Assembly (NCBI RefSeq): GCF_000327385.1
Contig: NW_008709380.1
Span: 1,472,552-1,536,551 of the forward strand
Direction: 5' to 3'
DNA from: Lottia gigantea
Taxonomy: Eukaryota
Length of the DNA: 64,000 nucleotides
Part shown: positions 39,901 through 50,760 of the stretch, in pieces
How the letters are laid out: each line of letters begins with the position of its first letter
How positions within the stretch are numbered: the first letter of the stretch is position 1
Translations under genes and position numbers: made by a program
Notes under the pieces: generated by a model
Told to the model about the DNA's origin: nothing
The model's input: only the letters and a program-made list of their open reading frames with translations
Database searches by the model: none

Positions 39901-42155
39901 TTATAGATGAAGAGAAATATTTCTTTAAATATGGCCGACAAGCTGATACATTAGCTGCCAGAGCCAACAGGAAGTTGCTAGTTGTTCGAATATTTAATTC
40001 TTTTCTTGAATACAATGCAACCTGAAATTATCAAATTAAAATAAACTTTTCAAGATATACTAACAAGATTTCAATAATGACAACTGCTTTTATAGCAAGC
40101 TGAAATTAAGCTTCAAAGTAGCCATTTTGTTTGTTTTGTAGGTATGAACACATGCATGAATAACTCATCTTGTATGAAAATTCTGTTTTGATTGGTTAAA
40201 AGTCACAACTCAAAATGAAGCCATTTGGATAGAGTGAACCAAGGTTCTATCTGTCTATTGATTTTGGGATGTAGTTTTAATGGTGATATATCAGTTGATG
40301 AAGCAAATAAATCAATGAAATTATCCCTGTTTCTGTTATATTTCTTCAAACTAAAATATATACTAATAAGACGTACCTTTAAGACAAATTCTGGATCATA
40401 TGGTACAACTCTTTCTGTCAATGCTGTTAAATCTATTCTAGCTCTATTCCCTCTATCTTTATAGTTCGGCTGACTGATTAAAGATGCACTCACAGCATTA
40501 ATTAAACCAAGCTGAAAGGTGAAACAATGGCATTACTATCACTTCATCAGTGACTTTTACACAACTCCTCTTTAAGTCAACAATTTCTGCACAGAATAAG
40601 ATCTGTTAAACAAGTTATTTTCCTTCCTGCTAAACATCATTTCATACATGATATATATCTTACCTTGATACCATTGACATCAGCTAATGATTTATTTATA
40701 GTAACTTGTAGACTTCTGTCTTTATTTGGTGGTATAAATTTAGGTCTATGTATACCAATAATATTACTGTCTCTATGCAGGTCATATTCAGGGTAGTCAA
40801 TACTATGATATTTTACAACACGATCATGTAGACTTTTATCTGATTTCTTGACTTTTTTCTTTGCCACTTTCCCTGAGTCTGGGGACAATTTCTGAACTGT
40901 GGGCTTTATAACCTTTAAATTTGAACTCTGAACTTTTTGACTCTTGATGTTCAAAGGCTTTTTCTCCACATCTAATTTGACTCTTGGTCTTCCAACATGG
41001 CTGTCAGTAAAATCTGTTATTGCTGTATCCCTTGCAGACGTCAAACAAGATGGTTTCAGAAGAGATGATTGTAACAAAGGAGAATTAAGGGATGTGGAAG
41101 TCAGACGTAAATTTGCTGTCAGACTTTCACTAAGTTTCGAAACTGGTGCTAATGTTTCTTTAGACTTCTTGGTGCTGTGACCATTCGATATATCAAACTT
41201 TCTCTTCCTGGCATCATTAGTGCTCATAAAACTGGATGATGTTAGCCCTTGAAAGGAAAAAAAATCATAAGAATTTTGAAGACTCCAATAGTCTTTACAA
41301 AATTTATAATAAATAGGTTGCAAAAGAGAAACTACACAAATTCTATGCTGAATAAATATTCTGCTAGTATTTGTAGCAAATAATTTCATGCACTATTTCC
41401 ATGTCAGTCTAAATGACATTGATACAAACATCTACCTCTATTTAAACCTCTGATAGAAATTCTGAAAGTTAATGGCTAGTGTAGAGATAGAAAAACTAAG
41501 CCTGTTTTGTGGGGATTTTCTGCAGATGCTTCGGACTACCGCCCAGAGAACCCTCTTTCGGTACCGTATACCCAGGTAAAGGTGCTTGCTATGGTACTTA
41601 CCACTGGACAGACATGATGAGGACAATAGAGAAGATGTTTGAGTTAAAGAACTCAATAAAGTATTTTTGGTTGATAATCTATTACTTGCCATTATCTAGG
41701 CTACTCACAACTCAATCTTTAAACTTGCAAAAACTGAAAAAATGCAGTAAAACATAAGTTATAAATAAAAAAAAAAATAGGCCCCAGATTGATCTGAGCT
41801 GGTGCTGAGTCTTATCTTTCTTCACCTTCCACTTTGTTCCATATATATACTCTTTTAAAGTAAATATCAGTCCCAAATGCTTCACCAGAGACTAGCTTGT
41901 CCACGAGTAGGCCTACCTGTCTGTGCTTCGTTCAGATATGATTATGAGGTCAAAGTTGTTCACCGAGAAAGAAAAGTAGCCTACATATAAGTCTACTTAC
42001 AAATAAACGAATTCAATCTACGTTGTGTATGCGCTAGACCACACTTTCTTCATGAGATATCTTACTGTCAATTTCATCAGATGCTAAACTCAGCAAATCA
42101 TCAGCAAAAATGTCAGCATTTTGTTTATTATTGCAACACTCCATGCCATATTTGC
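18775..42155 (-). CDS. TEP1: Gene span of the TEP1 orthologue (telomerase-associated protein 1 / vault complex component), with more than 50 exons. Domain order reading 5'->3' on the - strand: basic low-complexity N-terminus, TROVE (about 36.0-40.0 kb), DUF4062 (about 34.1-35.0 kb), NACHT P-loop NTPase (30.8-31.9 kb), WD40 array (about 18.8-30.1 kb). Both ends are approximate.
   Basis: Several blocks are near-identical to human TEP1 as recalled from memory: [10 protein letters not shown]...[65 protein letters not shown]...[35 protein letters not shown], Walker [10 protein letters not shown], and many WD repeats. Confidence 0.95.
20210..20590. repeat. Two tandem copies of a roughly 190-bp element rich in (A)GGTCAAGGTCAA motifs, in a TEP1 intron.
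   Basis: Copy 1 at about 20210-20400 and copy 2 at about 20405-20590 share ...gaggtcaaggtcaa..atgaggtcaaggccaa...catatggtttat... Confidence 0.6.
21485..21700 (-). CDS. TEP1: Representative TEP1 WD40 exon (…[65 protein letters not shown]…), bounds approximate. Roughly 30 further WD40 exons lie between about 18.8 and 30.1 kb (for example 19180-19360, 20600-20740, 22335-22480, 25030-25200, 26585-26710, 27000-27125).
   Basis: GH…D…WD/WK repeat signatures on the - strand, each flanked by AG/GT splice signals. Confidence 0.7.
30847..30994 (-). CDS. TEP1: TEP1 NACHT exon with Walker B (…[31 protein letters not shown]).
   Basis: hhhhDG(I/A)D Walker-B-like motif. Aligns with human TQVLIIDGADRLVDQNGQLISDWIPKKLP. 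Acceptor attatattacag, donor cag|gtaatt. Confidence 0.85.
31728..31900 (-). CDS. TEP1: TEP1 NACHT exon with Walker A/P-loop (…[23 protein letters not shown]).
   Basis: GxxGxGKT/S P-loop. Aligns with human SLVTGQSGQGKTAFLASLVSAL. Acceptor tttgaatttcag, donor atg|gtaagt. Confidence 0.9.
32022..32141 (-). CDS. TEP1: TEP1 exon ([41 protein letters not shown]).
   Basis: Matches human [39 protein letters not shown]. Acceptor ttttcag at 32142-32148 (minus strand), donor gat gag|gtaagg. Confidence 0.9.
32142..33400 (-). repeat. Minisatellite of about 18-20 copies of a roughly 62-bp unit (ctagaccaccccatctacatggatagctgaaaatatacataatatacatatcaatacataaa, with 21-bp sub-duplications). It fills the TEP1 intron, and each unit copies the adjacent acceptor (ttttcag) plus the first ~26 nt of the YPCRWGG exon.
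   Basis: Read directly. The exon 5' end at 32115-32148 is the terminal unit of the array, and the units diverge from the exon after ...ggtggtctagt. Confidence 0.9.
33670..33783 (-). CDS. TEP1: TEP1 exon ([37 protein letters not shown]), directly upstream of the minisatellite-filled intron.
   Basis: Acceptor tattctag, donor ga|gtaagt. Phase-consistent with the YPCRWGG exon. Confidence 0.7.
34098..34999 (-). CDS. TEP1: TEP1 DUF4062-region exons (two exons: about 34667-34880 and about 34105-34330; the intervening segment is intron). They encode [27 protein letters not shown]...[14 protein letters not shown] and [60 protein letters not shown].
   Basis: Matches human [27 protein letters not shown]...[43 protein letters not shown]. 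Confidence 0.85.
37443..37628 (-). CDS. TEP1: TEP1 exon (approximate bounds) containing an (RG)8 arginine-glycine repeat: ...[31 protein letters not shown]...
   Basis: Open frame flanked by TEP1-homologous exons (upstream QFPFRFF..., downstream [10 protein letters not shown]...). It sits where human TEP1 has a short basic stretch (NRPRRRF). Confidence 0.6.
   Translation of the reverse strand: MEAEQKASGIEPPTINIRGRGRGRGRGRGRGRGRGGSGTVEPKGTGTQWWLKKKEKPKTTK
38388..38545 (-). CDS. TEP1: TEP1 TROVE-region exon ([52 protein letters not shown]).
   Basis: Matches human [40 protein letters not shown]. Acceptor tttttgtag, donor ttag|gtaaac. Confidence 0.9.
39860..40021 (-). CDS. TEP1: TEP1 TROVE-domain exon ([54 protein letters not shown]).
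   Basis: Matches human TEP1 ARQQLNVRNVANNILAIAAFLPACRPHLRRYFCAIVQLPSDWIQVAELYQ. Acceptor aatttcag, donor cag|gtcagt. Confidence 0.9.
40664..41247 (-). CDS. TEP1: TEP1 large 5' exon encoding a basic, Ser/Lys-rich low-complexity N-terminal region (...[56 protein letters not shown]...NGIK).
   Basis: 584-nt open frame between acceptor tttcctttcaag and donor aag|gtaaga, lying directly upstream of the TROVE exons. Confidence 0.7.
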
Positions 42156-44441
42156 TAGCTTCTATCATCCAGTCTCATTTTGTCTACGAAAATCTGCAAC
42201 GAGTCTGGGTGTCAGAGACTTCATATTTAGCAGACGAATTGTACCTCTTAAACGCAAGAATTCAGTCCACAACAAATTTCTACAAGCATCTAGGGGACGT
42301 AATCAAAAATAATCAGACTGCAATAATATGCTCTATCTGATGGGTGTGGCTATTGCACCGAAATGTACTGGATTATTTTTCTAACCAAAATCATATAAAC
42401 AACGTGTTTAATGCATTTGTTGAATACTATACATTGTGTCCAATACGATTCTAATCATAATCTTAAAAAGAATTGAAAAAAAAAAACTAAAATTCAAAAT
42501 TTGTCTCTTTGTTGTCATCTGTAATATCCACATTCCCCCTCTCCAAACACACTACACACATAATCTGGACCATGCCTTCCCCCAGTAGATGAGCAATGGT
42601 CAGTAAAGTTGGCGTAATTTCTAAACATACTTTACATTACAATCTGTTTAAGTTGGCTATATTTGATTTTATTTAGTCGTATTTGAGAAAAGATGATATC
42701 AAAGCTTCTGTCTACAATATAAAGATCTAGTCTATTTAGTTAGTGTATTTCTCAACAATCCAATATTGACACTCTACCTTCCCGAATATCATTTCTAGTC
42801 CATACCACAAGTCGTAATTTCAAATCGTTTAATTTCTTAGGATCCTTTGTAATATCTTTACTCTTTCTGTTTTTTGGATTTGTTTTCGTGTTGTTCCGTT
42901 ATAAACATTTTCAGAGTGCTCCAGGTTGACCTTGCGACTAGTGACATCGCAGGAGATTTTTAACAACTGACGGATGAAGTCGACTCAAGAGCATCGCCAT
43001 ATGCATATGTTCTCTTTTATCTTAAAAATGCCCACAGAGAGGCAGAATCCCCTGGAGAGCAGTTGCTAGTATTGGGAATCAATTTCTCAATTTCAGCGTT
43101 CCGCGAAGTCTGGTGCCGATCCAATGAGATGTTTTGAAACCCTAGTTGACCAGAGCTAATATTGACCTGATGTCGAGACTTCTGTCTGAATTTGAAGCTG
43201 TTCTGAAATACTTGACCACAAACTGTATCATACAATTGCTTTAAATTAGATGTTGCTTTTTATTGTTATGAAAGTGTGATGGCCAAGGTACAGAGGTAAT
43301 GGTGCTCGGCGTAGTGATGTAATATGGCTAACGAATTCTCTACATACCATATCAAGATGAGTTCAGTCCAACTTTTTAGATCAACTAAAACATTCAACAA
43401 ATAAGGATATGTTATTTTCTTGTTGTTTATCTTTTTAAATTGTCAAACTTCAAAGAAATCAACAAATAATGTAAATGGATTTTTGATGTTTGGATAAGCT
43501 TGCTACCGCCATTTTTGAAAATTCGAAATACGTTTTAATATCGATTTCAGCATACACTAGATATCATTTGCGAGTCAGATATGTGTAAATTTGAGTTATT
43601 TTCACACTTAAATACTACAGTCAATTTTCTAAAAGGGGGTCTGTGTATGGTAGCAAGCGATGTTTAGATGTTATTTGTCGATAACGGCTTGTTTTTGTGT
43701 ATTTTTTGCGGCGTTTCAGGTGTTTGAACCAACGAGTGAAGTTTACATTGATACAAGAAAGGTGACCAAAAGGCTTGTAGTTTTACAGTCAGTATTTGTT
43801 GTTGTCTAAGGCAACACGTAATATCAATATCAGAAACATCACGACATGGGACCGGAACAAACATACCCCGACCCCTCACTTTCTACAATTTTCTAAGCGT
43901 GCAATGACGTGATGTCAACGTGAGAAAGTTTGATAAAGAGAAATTCAGAAGACATTATTACCTTGAATATTGTGGTCTGTTTTTAACAAGTTAATAATAC
44001 TATTTCAATATTTCTGGATGTATTTGAAAATTGGGATTAATTTGTTATATTATAAATATATTTTGTAATAATTTGGACTTTATATGTGATTTGGTTATTT
44101 GGACTTCCTAGCTAAACCGGTGAGCCTGATATTTTGTTATTATTTGAACATAATGTAATTGTCCGAATAATATCAAAAGCTTATGTTTATATCATACTGT
44201 TCATGGGCACGACCAAAACATTAGATTTCCTATTAAACATCGTAAGGATATATTACACAAATAATTTTTAATTAGTTACTATCTTGTATTTTGTGCCCAA
44301 AACAAGGCGATTCATGTCATTATATGAGCCAGAGGACAGACCATATTCCATTTGCTACTTTATATTTAAACAGGTAGGCTACATCCTTGATATAGAATAT
44401 TTTTGAAGTGATAGCAGTATGTTAGAGCCCTGGATAACTGC

Positions 44442-44562
44442 GTGATGTTTCATATGACCCAGCTGGGCCCAGGGCTGGGTTCCACCGATCATCTTACTTC
44501 CAGTAATGTAGAGTCTATGGAATACGGATTTGTTGTTTATGATAACCCCAACCACGTTACAG
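44442..44562 (+). CDS. Exon 1 (ATG; cytoplasmic N-terminus MMFHMTQLGPGLGSTDHLTSSNVESMEYGFVVYDNPNHVT) of a type-II membrane SEA/mucin/His-rich glycoprotein gene.
   Basis: ORF with donor acag|gtcagg (phase 1) that is phase-matched to the downstream transmembrane exon. Confidence 0.55.
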
Positions 44563-44947
44563 GTCAGGCATTTTCTTTTGACTTACTTATCCAATATGTG
44601 TGCTCGGATCGTAAGGCTTTTTTTATGTTACTCAAAAACATGAATAGTTTGGTTTTATTTTCGAGTTTAAGTATCGACAGTTTTAAAAGGATTGCACGTT
44701 AAATGTTAGTTTATCAGCAGTGTATAGGTTGCAGATTCTAGATGCTGATTCTATGGTAATTCATCAGCAGAATGTTCCGCCGATGTTAATGAATCTCATT
44801 ATATCTTTCAAAGTAGAGAGTTCTTTGAAATAAACTGTTGAAAGCGTTTTAATCGTTTAAATCCCACTACATGTTGGGTAGACTTCTGGAAACCTGAAAC
44901 GGGAGTAGCATAATATCTTTCGCTTTACACACCATTTCTCATTTCAG

Positions 44948-45067
44948 TATCGAGCTCTACCAGTGTATATAGAAGACCTCGATCTAAATTTTGTATTGGA
45001 CTCATCACATTTGGTATTGTTATCGTTATAACTTCAGTTGCTTTGGGATTTATCATACATTATGCAG
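44948..45067 (+). CDS. Exon 2: signal-anchor/transmembrane segment (VSSSTSVYRRPRSKFCIGLITFGIVIVITSVALGFIIHYA).
   Basis: A basic stretch (YRRPRSK) is followed by about 23 hydrophobic residues. Acceptor ctcatttcag, donor gcag|gttcgt. Phase 1 in and out. Confidence 0.65.
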
Positions 45068-45089
45068 GTTCGTTCCTTTGACTTTGAGT

Positions 45090-45335
45090 TTTGTTCAGTT
45101 TTGAGTCAAATCACAATTATTTCTGTCAAATCTCCTTTCGATCGTATATTTTTCCCAGTCAAATCAAAATTATTTCTCTTCCATCATTGCAAAATTAATT
45201 CTTTTAGGTCAATTCAGAATTTTTTTTCCAATCAATTCAGAATTGTTCCTTTCAGTCAATTCAGAATAATCTCCTTTCAATCAGTCAATTCATTATTACT
45301 ATTATTTTTTCAGTCAATTCAGATCGTCAAGTATC
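45090..45335. repeat. Short tandem repeat of about 8 copies (unit [c/t]agtcaattcagaat..., 25-30 bp). Each copy carries a ttcag acceptor-like motif. The array lies in the intron between the TM exon and the SEA exons.
   Basis: Read directly. Confidence 0.75.
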
Positions 45336-45397
45336 ACCAAGTAGTTCAACCTCTAATGTTCAATCACATGATTATAAAGCAACTAAAGAAATCAAAC
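45314..45397 (+). CDS. Possible exon 3: Ser/Thr-rich linker (VNSDRQVSPSSSTSNVQSHDYKATKEIK). Its acceptor lies inside a short tandem repeat that offers several alternative AG sites.
   Basis: 84 nt, multiple of 3, phase-compatible (1 to 1). Donor aaac|gtaagt. Exon 2 could also splice directly to exon 4, which is phase-compatible. Confidence 0.4.
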
Positions 45398-45730
45398 GTA
45401 AGTCTTTCAACATAATTTAAAATGTTTTCACTTATAAAATAATTCTCAATACATCAGTTGTAGAGCGATAATATAAATGTTATAGAAAATTCAAATGGTC
45501 TTTGTTTGGCTGGTCAAATCCTTATCCGAGTAGTGCATACACTAAAGTATTCATTGGCAAGTGATTATACAGAGCAGGGCTTTCCGCTCACTTCATTCAT
45601 TGTCATCTCCAAATTTTTTTCGAAGAGAAAATGTATCTTTATATAACGTTTAAGCATGACAGAACCAGTTGTAATAACTATGTTCAGGCCATGATATGCG
45701 ACTACATTAACTATACTATGTGCTCTCTAG

Positions 45731-45840
45731 AGGTTGATTTTGAAGGAAGAATACGAATAACAAGTTTAAAATGGATGCCTGATTTAGGAAACCATGCTAA
45801 GGAACTTTACCGAGTTGTGACTAATCATATTCAAAAGGAG
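45731..45840 (+). CDS. SEA-domain exon a (VDFEGRIRITSLKWMPDLGNHAKELYRVVTNHIQKE).
   Basis: Canonical SEA beginning (f.G.fritnl.y.pdl.n..s.ef..l...i). Acceptor tgtgctctctag, donor gag|gtaagc. Confidence 0.75.
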
Positions 45841-46171
45841 GTAAGCACTACTTCTTGCGTTCGTCATTACAATAACACTTACGCGAATTCTGCACTTCCA
45901 TACTTTCAAGCCTTTACTAAAGAAGCCAATGATATTTTGGGTGCTACATGTAAAGTTACTCTTAAAAAGATTATTCATTATTTGAGTGCTTGATGCAATT
46001 TTTGGGAACTATGGGAATTATCTATGATTCAGTCATTATGTCTCTAATATTCCTTAGCAATGAGTATTTTATTCATTGTTTTAATGAATATTGTAAACAT
46101 GTCTTGTCATGTCCAGTTTGTTATCATGTCGTGACTTTTTCACGAAACTCTGTATATTATTTATTTTTCAG

Positions 46172-46239
46172 TTGAATCACGTATTTGAAATAGGTCCACT
46201 AGTAGAAAGATATAACCGTACGGTTGTTGTTGATCTTAG
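46172..46239 (+). CDS. SEA-domain exon b (LNHVFEIGPLVERYNRTVVVDL).
   Basis: Acceptor ttatttttcag, donor ttag|gtgggt. Phase-consistent with the flanking exons. Confidence 0.7.
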
Positions 46240-46815
46240 GTGGGTTTATAAAGCAATCTACTACGCAATTCTGTCAGTTTGATTACAATAACATTTGTAA
46301 GCATTGTCAGAGGTGCAAGGCTACGTGAAGCGATAGAAAACTTCAATGTACTGTGTTAGATCTACAAACCGTTCCTTCTCCTAGTCGAAAACTGACACTC
46401 AAGCAAATATCATTTTCTAGAAACTGCCAAACTCAATTGGGAAGATATGAAGATAGCCATCTTGGATCATTTAAGACATAAATATTATATTGTTTTCACT
46501 ATATTATGATTTCAGTAAGGAAAGATAGAAATAACGTTGATATTCTCTTTGTCTACTACCATAATCCCAAAGCTCCCAGATAAAGGTCTCTTGGTCGAAC
46601 ATCCATCGTATTACTCAAAATTTCGATAATAACCTATAGACTATTGTAAAAATTAATGAAATTGCAGCATTCATTGATTATTTTAACTTCCACAAGTCTT
46701 GAAATGCTGCAACTGGGTTAGTTTCTTTCTGAGATATTTTCGTTCTTCTTTCCTCCCGGTAAGAAGCCACTGTTTTCATATCTTCCATGTGTCATCTTTA
46801 ATCTTTCTATTTCAG

Positions 46816-47015
46816 CCCTGGAAGTGTGATAGTTGATTTTATTGTGGTTTTAAATTCAAGGAGAGGTATAGAATCGGATACTATTAAGGCCATGATGTTA
46901 CAAGGTTTAGAAAAAAGAAGTAAATTCATAAAGAAATTAAAATCCAACCATATGCCTGCTTCGAAGATTGTCTTTGATAAAAGAAGTTTAAAGATAGCTG
47001 ATTCTCATAATCCGG
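46816..47015 (+). CDS. SEA-domain exon c (SPGSVIVDFIVVLNSRRGIESDTIKAMMLQGLEKRSKFIKKLKSNHMPASKIVFDKRSLKIADSHNP).
   Basis: SEA C-terminal signature GSV.V.F.V.f (…PGSVIVDFIVVL…). Acceptor ctatttcag, donor ccgg|gtaaga. Confidence 0.75.
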
Positions 47016-47269
47016 GTAAGAAAACAAACTGACAAGCAAAACAGCTTTGACTGGTTGCCCACATGTAGACACACTTCCGCACTTTCTGATGCACATATTT
47101 TTGTCAAACGACACAGAGAAACAATGAGTTCAATTTGTATCTCAAAGGGACATAATTCTAAGAATTCTAATGCCTATTTGGAAGCATTTTTTCTATATTT
47201 GCACGATAATGAAAAAAAACGATTTGCGTGTTAATTTACTAATCATTTTGATTATTTCACTACTTTCAG

Positions 47270-50200
47270 ATATAAAATCAGAAACCAAGTATATTCCAAA
47301 ACCAAAAATACTTACAGAAATACGACAACCTACTACGACTTCACAAGTACCACATTCGACGACCTTCACCAATGTTTCATCAATGACAAAGAAATCCAAA
47401 AATAAAGGCAAAAAAAAGAAGAAGAAGCCACCAACGACGACCACTATTATTCCTTCCACCACCAAATTACAACATGAGATTACGCTTCCAAGCACAAATA
47501 AAACTGAATCAAGTACAACAGCAAATCAACTAACTACAACGACTCTATCCATAACCACAAAGCCTTCTACCAGGAAACAAAAGAACACTGATACAAAAAC
47601 CACTGTGACTACTACACCATCGAAAACATTGCCGAATACAGAACCCACTACAGTCTCAACAACACCTACAATTATATCAAACAAAAGTCCAAAACCGACC
47701 ACTACTACAAAAACGAAAGTGGATAATACTAAAGAACAACAGAAGCCTAAAAACCTAACCAAAAAATCTAGTCCTAGTAAGAGCATCAACGGTTCTCTGC
47801 AAATTAATCATCATCATTATGATTATAACGACAGCCGCGGTCTTACCCATCATCACATACACCAAGGCATCCAGAATGCCTCCCATCAGCATAACAGTAG
47901 AAATAGCTCATCTATTGTTCATCTTAACAATCATTATCATAGTTTGGATCACCCAAAACATAATCATACCCAGAATGGAAGTCATATTGAGGCTCACGAA
48001 CAAAATCATGAACATAGTCATGATCAGACGTTTTATCACCATCATCAAAATAAAACCCACAATCTTAGCCACATGGAAGACCAAAAAGGGTTCCACAATT
48101 TTAGTGACCACGATGGCCATAATCATAGTACAAACAACACTCAACATTTTCTTCATAAAGAGGTCGACAGCCATCATCACCGCCCTGGCTCTAACAGTTC
48201 GCACTCTGAAGTGCATCATGAAATCAAGCATAAAGATGGCAGTGGTCGTCCTGAACACGGAAATGTGTCATTTCATCATATAAACAACCAATCGGTATTC
48301 TGGTCGACCAACGAAAACGATCCTAAATCATTTCATAACAAATCATATGATGGTCATCTGACAGCAATTGACGACCCTCCTGATAGGATCACTGACATGA
48401 ATGACACAGATGCTGAGGAGGTTCCTTTTCTGAATTCTTTTAGTGCCACAGATTTTGCAGCTGATGGTCGTGAAACGGCAACTTTACCAAATACAATTAA
48501 AGAACATGTTCCCCAACTGACAGACTTAGAACAAAGTGATAATCACATTCCACCTCACGAACCCTATTCCCAGAATTCTAGGGACAAACTAGAAAATTCG
48601 ATCCGAGATTCGAGAGACCGATCTAAAGCGATGGAATATGACCGGATCCTAGCTGGCATGAATAGGAATACAGCGAGAAGTCAACACCACGAAAGCAACA
48701 TGGTAGATCCCGAGGAGTTGGCTAAGGAATCGCCCCCTGTGGATGAGAGGTTTGACAATTACTGGCCTCATGGAAACATGAATCGTCCTTTCAACTTTCC
48801 CAATCGAATAAGTACTCCAAACCCTGTACTCCCACGAACCACCAAAGAAATAAAAGAAAGTGCTAGTGCAAGTACCAAAACTTCAGTAGATGATCTTGAA
48901 ACAGGATCAGGAGAACTGACAGAAACCTTTGAAGATCATATCACTCCTCCACCAACAACTACTTCTAAAGTTATACCACATATACGAGATATTAAGCGAC
49001 CGTCGTTCGACACATCCGGAGATCATCATTATTTCGATTCAACTCAGAGTGGAAACCCATTTCCTAATTCTATATTACCAAATGAGAATCATGGTGATAC
49101 CGAAGACACCCCAGCCTTGGTGCCAAACTCTGAGAAAATCGACTTCTCCAGACACCACAGAGAGGAGGTTCAGGAAGAACATATTGAACATGGTGAAATG
49201 GAAGAACCATTGTTCAATCTACATCATTTAGAATATGCAAGTACAAGACAACCAGGCAAAGATTATTTTGACCACCCGTCGCATTTCCATGATCAGCCAC
49301 ACGATCTAATTGAAAATGACTTAAATATCACCTCCAGTGAAGAAGACATCATTCCAGACCTTCTTGCTAATCATTTAGGCCAAAGACAACTTAACGAGGA
49401 CTTTGAATCGATGCTTTTACACAAAAACAAAACTGATATATTAGTACATCCGTTACCTATATCGGCAGCGGCAGGGGCTGATTTTCCAATGAACACCAAA
49501 GGTGACATTCCCGCTTCTGAGCAGTATCACAAAAAGAATGGTCAATCAAAGAAAGGTCAAGGAATCAGGGAAACTCGCGACAGAAAAGATGATTCTGTAC
49601 CAGACTTTATTGGACATCCAGTAGGTGGTATGGCTCATCTCGGACCATCAAATTTTATGCCATTTCCACCTGCAGCCGGTACTGCCTCAGGCAAAGAAGA
49701 CCTAAATGAAGAGAACGCATTGGATATGGATTATGATTCAAATCTTGGTCCCTCAAACTTTATGCCTCTGCCGCCACAATCATCATTACCTAAAGATCAC
49801 AAAGCTATATTACCTCACGGTGTAACTCCTCCAAAAGTGCACGTCCCGAAGGATGGCGAGGGTGTACTGACACCACCGCCATTGATCCATAAACCGGGAA
49901 TCATAACTCATGTTCTCAATAAAAATAAAAAGAAGGTGAATAAAGACAAAGAGGAACATGCTCATTCCAAGGCACATGTGTCTTTCTATCCAAAAAATAA
50001 ATCGACGCGCAGATCCAACAATGAATTGGACTCATCAAAGGAAAAAACCCGGTTGAATTTAGAAGGCGACAAGTCGCACAAAGAGTCCGATGGGACTAAA
50101 CTAGAATCTCAGAATAAAACCAAAGGACATTCAATGGATTCTCGTGAAAATTCTGTTGAATCAAATGGCGCGAACAGAATAGACTCTAAACAGTTGGCAC

Positions 50201-50440
50201 CAGTGACTACACCATCTGATATAGTGGCATTATTGAATTCAACTAGCCACTATACAAGAGCTAACCTTCTTGATGACATGGAGCCAAATGCAACAAATGA
50301 CTTTGGAAACCTCACCGAGACCAATGAGGAATACACACATGAGATTCAGAACACAAACAAGACTCTGATACAACGGCCTTGGCAGACTGAGTTGAATAAA
50401 ACTCTATCCAATGGAGTGAATGAAACCCAATCTACAATCG
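47270..50440 (+). CDS. Giant 3171-nt exon encoding a disordered extracellular region. It contains a Thr/Pro/Ser-rich mucin-like segment, a roughly 170-aa His-rich/Asn-rich block (about 45 His), dozens of N-x-S/T sequons, and acidic/Pro-rich segments with an internal LGPSNFMP(F/L)PP duplication. It ends at donor atcg|gtaagc.
   Basis: Single 1103-codon ORF (47170-50481). Acceptor tactttcag at 47269 is in phase with the SEA exon. Composition was read directly from the translation. Confidence 0.75.
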
Positions 50441-50760
50441 GTAAGCATAATGATTCATTAGTTGTTATAAGAGGAGCATAAAAACATTTCAATAGCTATT
50501 TTGATATCAACGGCACGAAAGGAAATTTTACTATGCATACATCTGATTATATGGCACAGCTGCTTTGATATTTATTCAAATATATAGTCTTGAATAAATG
50601 GCTAGTGGAATTACGTGGGGTATATGGTATTGTCAAACGCCATTACTTATGGGAATTTTTTTTATCTCATAGTAAAAATATCTATTATTTTAGAATTCTG
50701 TATTAATGTGATATTCATCGTCTAGGCCTTGCAATACCAGTTTGTGTCTTTGTATTTCAG

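Noticed and set aside
41438-41757. Overlapping ORFs on both strands upstream of the large TEP1 5' exon
   Set aside because: They have no similarity to TEP1 or anything else and no coherent splice phase. The region is more likely intron or 5'UTR.
47193-48283. Antisense and alternate-frame ORFs (100-154 aa) overlapping the giant exon
   Set aside because: They are frame artefacts of low-complexity T/H/N-rich coding sequence. They have no splice context, and the sense frame is continuous for 1103 codons.
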